From Candidatus Muiribacteriota bacterium (GTDB taxonomy: Bacteria; Muiribacteriota; DAOVTB01), in contig DAOVTB010000004.1 of the NCBI GenBank assembly GCA_030633305.1, positions 1-62,393 on the forward strand: 62,393 nt of DNA, read 5' to 3'. Made by a program: the position numbers and the translations under genes. Shown in pieces: positions 47,503-57,849 of this stretch (the first letter of the stretch is position 1; each line of letters starts with the position of its first letter). Under the pieces are notes generated by a model, which did no database searches, was not told the origin of the DNA, and saw only the letters and a list, made by a program, of their open reading frames with translations.

Positions 47503-48111
47503 TTATCCCTCCTTCTTTTCTCTTGATGCAATAAAAGCCATGATAAATCCCATTGTAATAAATGCTCCCGGTGCAAATATCATCGCCATTGCAGGTTTAC
47601 TGAATACTTCAATCATCATCGGAGTTCCTGAAAAAAGTGTTCCATTTCCAAAAAGTTCCCTGATTATTCCAATAAGCGAAAGGGCCAGAGTAAATCCAAT
47701 CCCCATCCCCAGACCATCAATGATCGATATAATAATACCGTTTTTTGAAGCAAAAGCTTCTGCACGGCCAAGAATAACGCAGTTTACAACGATAAGCGGA
47801 ACAAAAATCCCAAGTTGCGCATGCAATTCTGGAAGAAATGCACTCATTGAAAGATCCACTATAGTTACAAACGTTGCAATAACTACAATAAAAATTGGTA
47901 TCCTTATTTTTTCAGGTATAATTTTCCTGAAAAGTGATATTACTGCATTACTGCAAACAAGAACAAATGTTGCTGCAATACCCATACCAATGGCATTATA
48001 AAGTGAGGTTGTCACAGCAAGTGTTGGACACAACCCCAGAGCCAGTGCAAGTACCGGATTTTCTTTTATAAATCCTGCAAAAAATGTTTTAGAATAAGTT
48101 TTCTTTGACAT
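47503..48111 (-). CDS. rnfE: Rnf complex subunit E
   Basis: ENPV..LGLCPTLAVT, PLIVVNCVILGRAE, APGAF. Confidence 0.96.
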   Translation of the reverse strand: MSKKTYSKTFFAGFIKENPVLALALGLCPTLAVTTSLYNAIGMGIAATFVLVCSNAVISLFRKIIPEKIRIPIFIVVIATFVTIVDLSMSAFLPELHAQLGIFVPLIVVNCVILGRAEAFASKNGIIISIIDGLGMGIGFTLALSLIGIIRELFGNGTLFSGTPMMIEVFSKPAMAMIFAPGAFITMGFIMAFIASREKKEG

Positions 48112-49238
48112 CAGTTTTTACCTCCGTCAATAGTTTCTTTTAAAGCAATATATTTGTCTACTGATTTCCTTATTGCACTTGTTAACATTCTCGAAGTAAT
48201 TGTAGCTGCTGTAATTACATCTATTCTACCTTTTTTTTCGTCTTTATTATTCAGATAAAGTTCAGAAGGTTTCAAACCATGGAATTTTGACTGCCACCAT
48301 GACTCAGAATCTCCTCTTTTTACTTCCAGAATTCTTGCTCCCAGTCCAGGAGTTTCAGTCTGCTGAAGTACCTTGATTCCTGAAACAACATTCTGAGAGT
48401 TAATGCCAATAACAGTTACTACTTTGTCAGCAAAACAATTAGGTGCTATTTTATAGACTGTTCCAATAGGGTTTTCCCCATAATATGCTACAAAATATTT
48501 ATTGATAGTATATTCATTAAGATCATTAACAGTCAGCTCTTCATCTGAAAACAATTTATAAGCCTGCCCGGGAATAGCCTTTTTATCAGCAAGTTGAAGA
48601 AAACTTGCCAGACCATCTTCAATCTTGAAAATAATATCAGTTTTTCCGATCTTTACAGTTTTAGAATCAAGCAGAATCTGTTGTTTCTTTCCTGCAATTA
48701 AAATTTCAATTGCATCAAGTTCTTTATATTTAACCGGATGTAGAAGTATATTAATCAGAGTAGGTACAAATTTGGGATTCTTTTTAATAAAGGCTGCTCC
48801 CCTTTTCATTTCATCCTCGGTTCCATGAATAGTATCATTTTTGTTAATCAGTTTATTTTCATTGAACGATCTCAATACTACAAAAGCATCACTGTATTCC
48901 TTATTTTCACCCTTTTGTTTTTTCAAGTGTTCAATATTCGCTTTAATGTAATCTTTTCCAATTACGATAAGCTTTTTAAATTCAATTTCTCCATTTCTCA
49001 CAGTAAATTCAGCTTCATTTTTTCCTGATTCAAGAACGGATACATACTTACTGGCTGGAAAATTTCCAATATTAAGTCCACCGTCTTTCATGAAAAGAAC
49101 TTCTTTTCTGGCTCTCATTTCATTTTCATAATTAAGTTTCATTCTTACCGGATATGTTTTTTTATCAACATATGCCATTAGTAAAGCAGCGATAAAACAA
49201 AATAAGAAAAGGGTCATAACCATCTTGAAACTATCCAT
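48111..49238 (-). CDS. rnfG: Rnf complex subunit G (FMN-binding), enlarged
   Basis: N-terminal TM helix, ETPGLG, DVITAATITS flavinylation-like motif; lies between rnfD and rnfE; ATG 49238. Confidence 0.88.
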   Translation of the reverse strand: MDSFKMVMTLFLFCFIAALLMAYVDKKTYPVRMKLNYENEMRARKEVLFMKDGGLNIGNFPASKYVSVLESGKNEAEFTVRNGEIEFKKLIVIGKDYIKANIEHLKKQKGENKEYSDAFVVLRSFNENKLINKNDTIHGTEDEMKRGAAFIKKNPKFVPTLINILLHPVKYKELDAIEILIAGKKQQILLDSKTVKIGKTDIIFKIEDGLASFLQLADKKAIPGQAYKLFSDEELTVNDLNEYTINKYFVAYYGENPIGTVYKIAPNCFADKVVTVIGINSQNVVSGIKVLQQTETPGLGARILEVKRGDSESWWQSKFHGLKPSELYLNNKDEKKGRIDVITAATITSRMLTSAIRKSVDKYIALKETIDGGKN

Positions 49239-50301
49239 TTGCTGCCCCCTTTCCAAAAACTCTTGGAGATGTAAATCGGTCAATCAATGGAGTAAAAGCA
49301 TTCATTATAAGAATCGCATAACATACTCCTTCAGGATAACTCCCAGAGAATTTCCTTATCATGAAAATTAAAAAACCGCATCCGAAACCGAATATTATTC
49401 TGCCTAAAGGTGTAATTGGGGTGGTAACCATATCAGTTGCCATAAAAAATGCTCCAAGAAATAAGCCACCACAAAAAAGATGTATAAACATCATCTGTGG
49501 GTCAAAAAGTTTATCACTACCAAAAACGTATCCCAGAATTGCTACAGTAATAATTGTCGGTGCAGGAATATGCCATGTAATGTGACCGCGGCCTAGAAGA
49601 AATATTGCTCCAATAAGTAAAGCAACCGCAGAAGTTTCACCAATGCACCCGCCAATATTTCCAACAATCATATCCCACAATCCCATTTTGTGCACTTGCC
49701 CAGTTGAATCAATCAAGCCCTGTCCGACTTTTGCAAAAAAATGCGCGCCTGAAGTCAGAGACTGTTCTTTAAAATAACCAAGAGGAGTTGCCATTGAGAC
49801 CGCATCAATAATTTCCTTTCCTTTAACAATTTTTCCAGATAAGGAAAACCAGTCTTTAGAAAGAAATTTGACAGTCGGTGACCAGCTGGTCATAAAAGCC
49901 GGCCATGAAGCTAGCAGAAAAGCTCTACCAATGAGCGCCGGATTAAAAACATTTTTCCCAAGCCCGCCAAATACTGATTTTCCGATTATTATAGCGACAA
50001 TAGAACCTATTGCAGCTATCCATAATGGTGTTGCTGGTGGAAGACAGAATGCGAGAAGAAGTCCTGTAAGGCAGGCACTTCCATCAAGCAGGCAAAATTC
50101 AATTTTTAGAACTTTTCCTGCAACATATTCTGCCACCAAAGCGGAAATAATACACGTCAGTATTACAGCAAGTGCTTTGAATCCAAAAAAATAAATCCCG
50201 ACAAATCCTGCCGGCAATAATGCCAGTATAACGTCCCACATCACAGTTTTTACAGTAATCGGGGAATGAATATGAGGAGACGAAGTAATATTTAGTTTCA
50301 A
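49231..50301 (-). CDS. rnfD: Rnf complex subunit D
   Basis: SSPHI, FGGLGKNVFNPAL, SMATPL, GCIGETS, FMATD, YPEG. Confidence 0.96.
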   Translation of the reverse strand: MKLNITSSPHIHSPITVKTVMWDVILALLPAGFVGIYFFGFKALAVILTCIISALVAEYVAGKVLKIEFCLLDGSACLTGLLLAFCLPPATPLWIAAIGSIVAIIIGKSVFGGLGKNVFNPALIGRAFLLASWPAFMTSWSPTVKFLSKDWFSLSGKIVKGKEIIDAVSMATPLGYFKEQSLTSGAHFFAKVGQGLIDSTGQVHKMGLWDMIVGNIGGCIGETSAVALLIGAIFLLGRGHITWHIPAPTIITVAILGYVFGSDKLFDPQMMFIHLFCGGLFLGAFFMATDMVTTPITPLGRIIFGFGCGFLIFMIRKFSGSYPEGVCYAILIMNAFTPLIDRFTSPRVFGKGAANG

Positions 50302-50314
50302 GCTTTTATCCTCC

Positions 50315-51634
50315 TTACCTATTTTTATTATCTATTATTTTACTTTTTGTATAACGAATCATCTGTACAAGAGGCCGTGATGCTGGACATACATAAGCGC
50401 ACGTTCCACATTCAACACAATCAAGGGCTGCAATTTTTTCTGCTTCATCAAACAAACCTGCATTACCCAATTTCTCAATTTTTGAAGGCATCAACCACAT
50501 CGGACAATGATCAACACATCTTGCACATTTAATACATGGATATTTTTCTTTTTCCTGAGAAAATTCTTTTGAAAATGCCAGAATTCCAGATGTTCCTTTA
50601 GTTACAGAAAAATTTTCTATAAATGGAATTGAAAAACCCATCATGGGTCCTCCAGATATTATCTTGGCTGGTTCAAGAGAAAAATCTCCACAAAATTTAA
50701 ATATTTCACTAAATTCTGTTCCTACTCTGACTATAATATTTTTAGGTTTATGAATACTGTTACCACTTACAGTTACAATCCTTTCATAAAGAGGAGTATT
50801 CAGACATACAGCATCATATACAGCTTTGGCAGTTCCAACGTTCTGTACAACAACTCCAACATCCAAAGGTAATCCTCCTGAAGGAACTTCCTTTTTCATG
50901 ATTGCAGCTATTAAATTTTTTTCAGCTCCTTGCGGATATTTTGCTTGAAGTGATACAACTTCAAATTTATAAGCCTTAGATTTTTCCTCAAGGATGTTAA
51001 TTGCATCTGGTTTATTATTTTCAATACCTATGTAAACTTTTTCAGCTCCGGTAAACTGTTTGATTATATCAATTCCCTTGAGCATTTCTTCAGGAAATTC
51101 AATCATAGTCCGGTGATCAGCTGTCAAAAAAGGTTCACATTCAGCACCATTGATTATTATTGTCTTAATTTCCTTCCCTTTCGGTGGAACAAGTTTTACG
51201 TGGGTCGGAAAAGTTGCTCCTCCCATGCCTACAATACCTGCATCTGTGATCGTTTTTATAATATCTTCCTTTTTCAGATCCTTGTAATTCTGATTTTCTG
51301 AAGCATCATAAAATTTTTCGTCTTGACCATCTGATTCAATAACAACTGCACTGGATTTTCTTCCCATTGGAGTCAAAACAGAAATTATTTCTATAACTGT
51401 TCCAGATAAAGACGCATGGATATTTGCAGATACATATCCCTGCATTTGACCTATGATCTGACCAGTTTTAACCTTATCGTCTTTTTTAACGACTGGTTTT
51501 GCCGGTGCACCAATATGTTGTGATAAAGGAATTATTACTTTTGAAGGCAGTCCCATCTTCTCAGTAGCAAGGTGCTCGGTAGAGCCCTTGTACTCTTCAA
51601 TATGAAAACCACCTGTAAAAGAAAGAGATTTCAT
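50315..51634 (-). CDS. rnfC: Rnf complex subunit C
   Basis: QHIGAPA, GIVGMGGATFPT, NGAECEPFLT, KYPQGAEK, two 4Fe-4S motifs; ATG 51634 with AAGGAG RBS. Confidence 0.96.
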   Translation of the reverse strand: MKSLSFTGGFHIEEYKGSTEHLATEKMGLPSKVIIPLSQHIGAPAKPVVKKDDKVKTGQIIGQMQGYVSANIHASLSGTVIEIISVLTPMGRKSSAVVIESDGQDEKFYDASENQNYKDLKKEDIIKTITDAGIVGMGGATFPTHVKLVPPKGKEIKTIIINGAECEPFLTADHRTMIEFPEEMLKGIDIIKQFTGAEKVYIGIENNKPDAINILEEKSKAYKFEVVSLQAKYPQGAEKNLIAAIMKKEVPSGGLPLDVGVVVQNVGTAKAVYDAVCLNTPLYERIVTVSGNSIHKPKNIIVRVGTEFSEIFKFCGDFSLEPAKIISGGPMMGFSIPFIENFSVTKGTSGILAFSKEFSQEKEKYPCIKCARCVDHCPMWLMPSKIEKLGNAGLFDEAEKIAALDCVECGTCAYVCPASRPLVQMIRYTKSKIIDNKNR

Positions 51635-51671
51635 GTCATACATCTCCTTGATTTGGATTAAAATATTTTGT

Positions 51672-51700
51672 AGCATAATAATTTAAGTGCAATTTGTCAA
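51672..51700 (-). promoter_or_regulatory. Sigma70-type promoter of the rnf operon
   Basis: Minus strand TTGACA-17 nt-TATGCT. Confidence 0.65.
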
Positions 51701-51709
51701 GAAAGTTAT

Positions 51710-52570
51710 GAATACTATTTTATATATATGAATCAAAAAGAAAAGACTAAAACTACTTAAATTTATAAATATCGTAGTAGTAGTAGTAGGGACTGTGGAA
51801 ATGTGGAAACCGTTGGAAAAGATATATGCCAGTTGATTTTTTTATGTGAAGAAAATGTACATATTTTTTTTATAAGCTTCAGATTCTGTTTATAGTTTGT
51901 GGATAACCAGGGATAAAAAAAAAAAGAAACCTTATCCACTTTTTATTAACAAAAAGTTGTTATAAAAAAAAATTTGAATATGAAGGTTGAGTTTAATAAG
52001 TTTTCCAAGCGTTTTTGACCTGACAAAAAACAATTTTGTCGGTTTTATAAAATGTGTTGTGTGGAAAAGTGAGTACTTGGTTCTGAAAAGGCTTGATAAA
52101 CAATGAAACCGAGGTTTGTGTGTTATCCACATCATCAACAAGACTATAGATTTAAGGTGATATATCGATCTCCAATTACCGAAAGCTACATTTGAAATGT
52201 GCTCCTTCGCTTGTGAGATAACAAAATTATAAGGAATCTGGTTTTTTATGATTGAAGTTTCAAGTATATTTGTCAAAGAGATGTTTGAATGATAATAATC
52301 CAAGTTCAGCTTGTCAAATTAAAGAAATAGAGTATTATTTTATATATACAATTTAAAAAAAATTATCCATTTTTAGCAACAAAAAATTGTTATAAAAAAA
52401 TATTTGAAAATTAAGGTTGAGTTTGATAAGATTACCAAGCATTTTATTTCTGACAAAAAACAATTTTGTCAGTTTTATAAAAATGTGTTGTGTGGAAAAG
52501 AGAGCACTTGTTTCTGAAAAGGCTTGAAAAACAATGAAACTGAGATTTGTATGTTATCCACATTATTAAC
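51710..52570. other. Chromosomal replication origin oriC
   Basis: AT-rich tract, then (TAG)5 at 51775-51789, GGAC, then overlapping boxes TGTGGAAATGTGGAAAC (51794-51810), the layout of the Bacillus basal unwinding system. Further boxes at 51898 (TGTGGATAA), 51932, 52060, 52123 (TTATCCACA), 52363, 52491 and 52554 (TTATCCACA). Gene orientation diverges here; upstream of dnaA. Confidence 0.88.
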
Positions 52571-52601
52571 AAAACTATAATTTCAAGGTGGTATATAGAT
52601 G
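51932..52601 (+). repeat. Diverged direct duplication (~240 bp) of the dnaA upstream region
   Basis: 51932-52170 aligns colinearly with 52363-52601. Confidence 0.92.
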
Positions 52602-53948
52602 AAAATAGAGGATAAAGAAATATTATCCGTTTGGAAAAAAGTCCTTAATATCATTAAACCTCAATTGCCGGAAGCTACATATGAAATGTGTTTCGCGTCA
52701 TGCGAACCGACAAAAATAGATGGGAACCAGTTCTTTATCGAAGTATCAAACATGTTTGTCAAGGGAATGATAATTGATAAACATAAAATTCTTATAGAAG
52801 GTATTCTATCTGGACTCATGGGTTTTGCAGTTTCGCTGGATATAACTATAAGGACAACTCCGATTTTGACAAGAAAACCAGAAAATGAAAAAAAACAAAA
52901 GAAAAAAAGTATAAATAAAAAACCTGCCGGCATACCACTTAATCCTAAATATACATTTGATTCTTTTGTTTCTGGAAAAAGTAATGAATTTGCATATGCA
53001 GTATCAAATGCAGCTTCCGAGTCTCCTGGAAAACTTTATAATCCTCTTTTTATTTATGGTGGAGTCGGACTTGGAAAAACTCATCTTCTCCAGGCTATAG
53101 GACATCATATTTTAGAGCGAAAACCAAAAACATCTCTTATATATGTTTCGGCTGAAGAATTTATGAATGATCTTATTTCTTCAATTAAAAACAAGAATAC
53201 TCCAGAGTTTAGGAAAAAATATAGAAAAGCTGATCTTCTGCTGATGGATGATGTACAGCTTCTTGCTGGACGAATTCAAACCCAGGAAGAATTCTTTCAT
53301 ACTTTTAATGAACTTTTTCAAAGGAACAAGCAGATTGTACTTACCAGCGACAGGCCGCCGAAACGCTTGGCTCAAATGGAAGATCGTCTTGTAAATCGGT
53401 TTGAACATGGACTAATAGCTGATGTTCAACCTCCAGATCTGGAATTAAGGATTGCAATTCTTAAGAAAGAAGCGGAAGATAAAGAAGTTGAAGTTACTGA
53501 GGAAATTTTGGCTTATGTTGCCGAAAGAGTTGAATCTAATATCAGAGAATTGCAGGGAGCATTTACCAGACTTGTAGCTTATTCTTCAATAGAAAAAAGT
53601 TTTATTACCAGAGAACTTGTTGATAGAATCCTTGGGGATTTAATTAAGTTTAAAAAACAGAAAATAAATGTTGAATATATAAAAAACCTTGTTGCAGATT
53701 ATTACGAAGTAACTGTTGCTGATCTTATTTCTAAAAAAAGAAGTAATAAAATTACTCATCCAAGGCAAGTTGCGATTTATCTTATCAGAACTATTTTAGA
53801 CTTGCCGTTACAGCTTATCGGTGAAAAATTTGGCGGGCGTGATCATACTACGATAATGCACTCTATTTCTAAGATTGAGGATATGATGAATAGAAATCTT
53901 GAATTCAAAAATGAAATCGAGATTTTTGAGAAAAATCTTTCAATTTAG
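52599..53948 (+). CDS. dnaA: Chromosomal replication initiator DnaA
   Basis: LNPKYTFDSFV, YNPLFIYGGVGLGKTHL, TQEEFFHTFN, FGGRDHTT. Confidence 0.98.
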   Translation: MKIEDKEILSVWKKVLNIIKPQLPEATYEMCFASCEPTKIDGNQFFIEVSNMFVKGMIIDKHKILIEGILSGLMGFAVSLDITIRTTPILTRKPENEKKQKKKSINKKPAGIPLNPKYTFDSFVSGKSNEFAYAVSNAASESPGKLYNPLFIYGGVGLGKTHLLQAIGHHILERKPKTSLIYVSAEEFMNDLISSIKNKNTPEFRKKYRKADLLLMDDVQLLAGRIQTQEEFFHTFNELFQRNKQIVLTSDRPPKRLAQMEDRLVNRFEHGLIADVQPPDLELRIAILKKEAEDKEVEVTEEILAYVAERVESNIRELQGAFTRLVAYSSIEKSFITRELVDRILGDLIKFKKQKINVEYIKNLVADYYEVTVADLISKKRSNKITHPRQVAIYLIRTILDLPLQLIGEKFGGRDHTTIMHSISKIEDMMNRNLEFKNEIEIFEKNLSI

Positions 53949-53973
53949 GACATTTCGGGTTATATAACTAACT

Positions 53974-55056
53974 ATGTTTTTAAAGAAAATAGCCCTGGAA
54001 AATTTCAGGTATTTCTCTGATTTTTCCAGAGATTTCGGTAAATTTAATTATATTTATGGCCCAAACGGGGTTGGAAAATCTAGTTTAATCGAAGCAATCT
54101 ATTTTCTTATGTCAGGAAGGTCAGTACGTTCCGGTAAAGTTTTCAAAAGACATGGACATAAATCCTTAATCTCATTTGAAAAAGAACAGATGAAATTAAC
54201 TGGTTTTTTAGAAATTTTTGGAGAATTAAACGAAATTTCTATTGAAGCTGACAATAAGAAAAAAATATTCTCTATAAATGAAAAAAAACTAAAAAAAAGT
54301 AGTGAATTGTTTAAAATAAGCAGAATATTGATGTTCCATCCTGGTGATATTGCCATTATTGATGAGAATCCTGCATATAGAAGATCTTATTTTGATCATG
54401 AATTCTCAATGATTGACACTGGATACTTCGATGATCTTTTGAAAATAAGAAAAATATTGAGTGAAAGAAACAAATTATTGAAAAATATTCAACTGGGTTT
54501 AAAAGTTGATGAATTATATTTAAAGTCAATAACAGACTCATATATAATATTGACTTTTAATGTTATTTATAATAGAATAACAATGCTTTCTGTGATTCAA
54601 AAAGAATGGCAGAATAAGGGGAAAATTTCCTATAGATTGAATAATCAGTTCGATATTTCCGAGCTCGATAAGGGAAGTTTAAAAGCAAAGATTTTTGAGT
54701 TGCATGAGCAGCTTGAAAAAAGAGAAAAAAGATATGGTTATTCTCTATTTGGTCCCCAGAGAGATGAATATGTATTTTTTGAGAATAGAAACGCTATAAA
54801 AGAGTTCTATTCAACTGGTGAAAAAATGAAATGGATACTTGAATTGAAACTGGCAATAAACAAAGTGATTAGAAATAAAAGCAATATTGCTCCGGTTATG
54901 CTGATGGATGATTTTTTTAATTTTTTTGATCAGAAGAATTATTTGGAATTACTTTGTGGCCTTTCACAGAATCAGGTATTTTTTACTTCACAGGAACGCC
55001 GTAGTGAGATTGGAAAACACTTTGATTCTGTCAATGAAATAGAGTTAATTAGATGA
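53974..55056 (+). CDS. recF: DNA replication and repair protein RecF
   Basis: LENFR, GPNGVGKS Walker A, PAYRRSYFD, GPQRDE, STGE, LMDD. Confidence 0.9.
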   Translation: MFLKKIALENFRYFSDFSRDFGKFNYIYGPNGVGKSSLIEAIYFLMSGRSVRSGKVFKRHGHKSLISFEKEQMKLTGFLEIFGELNEISIEADNKKKIFSINEKKLKKSSELFKISRILMFHPGDIAIIDENPAYRRSYFDHEFSMIDTGYFDDLLKIRKILSERNKLLKNIQLGLKVDELYLKSITDSYIILTFNVIYNRITMLSVIQKEWQNKGKISYRLNNQFDISELDKGSLKAKIFELHEQLEKREKRYGYSLFGPQRDEYVFFENRNAIKEFYSTGEKMKWILELKLAINKVIRNKSNIAPVMLMDDFFNFFDQKNYLELLCGLSQNQVFFTSQERRSEIGKHFDSVNEIELIR

Positions 55057-55667
55057 AAAAACTAGTAGGCGAAATCAAGAATCTAGCAAAAAAAATAGGA
55101 TTAAAGCGTCATCTGGATGTTTTAAACTGTCAGCGTGAATGGTGTGATACCGTTGGAGAATCAGTAGCAAATGAGACCAGTATTGTATCTTCCAATAAAA
55201 ATACGCTTATAATTTCAGTTAACAGTTCCGTGTGGCTTAATGAACTGGTTTTTCTAAAGCAGGATATCCTGAGAAAAATGAAAAAAACGGAATTTCTTAA
55301 AAAATATAGTAACCTTCGTTTTGTTCAAAGATCTGAAAATCCTGTAAAAAAATTGGATAAAGATAAGAAAAACCGAAAAGTTCCTGAGCCTGAACCTGAA
55401 ATTAAGATTCCCGACGATATCAGGTGTGATATAAAAAGAGAATCTGATATGTTCAAGGATGTTGAAATTTCTGAAAAATTTTACAAATTATTTGAAAATG
55501 CTTATAAAGCAAGACAGAGATATATTAAAAATGATGTTTTTATGGAAAAAGTATGTGAAGTCATGAGTTATTTGAATCGGGATCCTGGACTTTCATATTT
55601 TGATTTGAACAGAAAATACGGAAGATACTCAGTTGATATGTATTATTTTGCACTTTATAACAGGTAA
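55053..55667 (+). CDS. DUF721/DciA-family protein with C-terminal extension
   Basis: W..TVGESVANET...LIISVNSSVWLNELVFLK pattern; located after recF. Confidence 0.8.
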   Translation: MKKLVGEIKNLAKKIGLKRHLDVLNCQREWCDTVGESVANETSIVSSNKNTLIISVNSSVWLNELVFLKQDILRKMKKTEFLKKYSNLRFVQRSENPVKKLDKDKKNRKVPEPEPEIKIPDDIRCDIKRESDMFKDVEISEKFYKLFENAYKARQRYIKNDVFMEKVCEVMSYLNRDPGLSYFDLNRKYGRYSVDMYYFALYNR

Positions 55668-55673
55668 TAGGTT

Positions 55674-55922
55674 ATGTATTTACATATAGGAAACAATTTT
55701 ATGCTTTATTCGAAAAATATAATTGCAATGATGGATAAATCAATCTTTGGTTTCAAGGTAAACGAAAAATATATTCAGAGACTTTATAAGCGTAAGAGAG
55801 TAGTTCGAATATGTAATAAGGATGAGATAAAATCTGTTGTATTGACGGATGATGGATTATGTTATATCACAAATATTTCAGTTAGAACATTAGTTAAAAG
55901 AGTTAGGGAAAATAAATTTTAA
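55674..55922 (+). CDS. remB: DUF370/RemB-like small protein
   Basis: MYLHIG...IIAM.D...KSVVLT...YITNISVRTLVKR; located before gyrB. Confidence 0.85.
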   Translation: MYLHIGNNFMLYSKNIIAMMDKSIFGFKVNEKYIQRLYKRKRVVRICNKDEIKSVVLTDDGLCYITNISVRTLVKRVRENKF

Positions 55923-55926
55923 GTAG

Positions 55927-57834
<1,908 letters not shown>

Positions 57835-57849
57835 GAAGGTGAGATAAAA

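Noticed and set aside
51932-52303. 123-aa minus-strand ORF upstream of dnaA
   Set aside because: Lies over the DnaA boxes and the duplicated leader; no RBS or recognisable motif; probably spurious.
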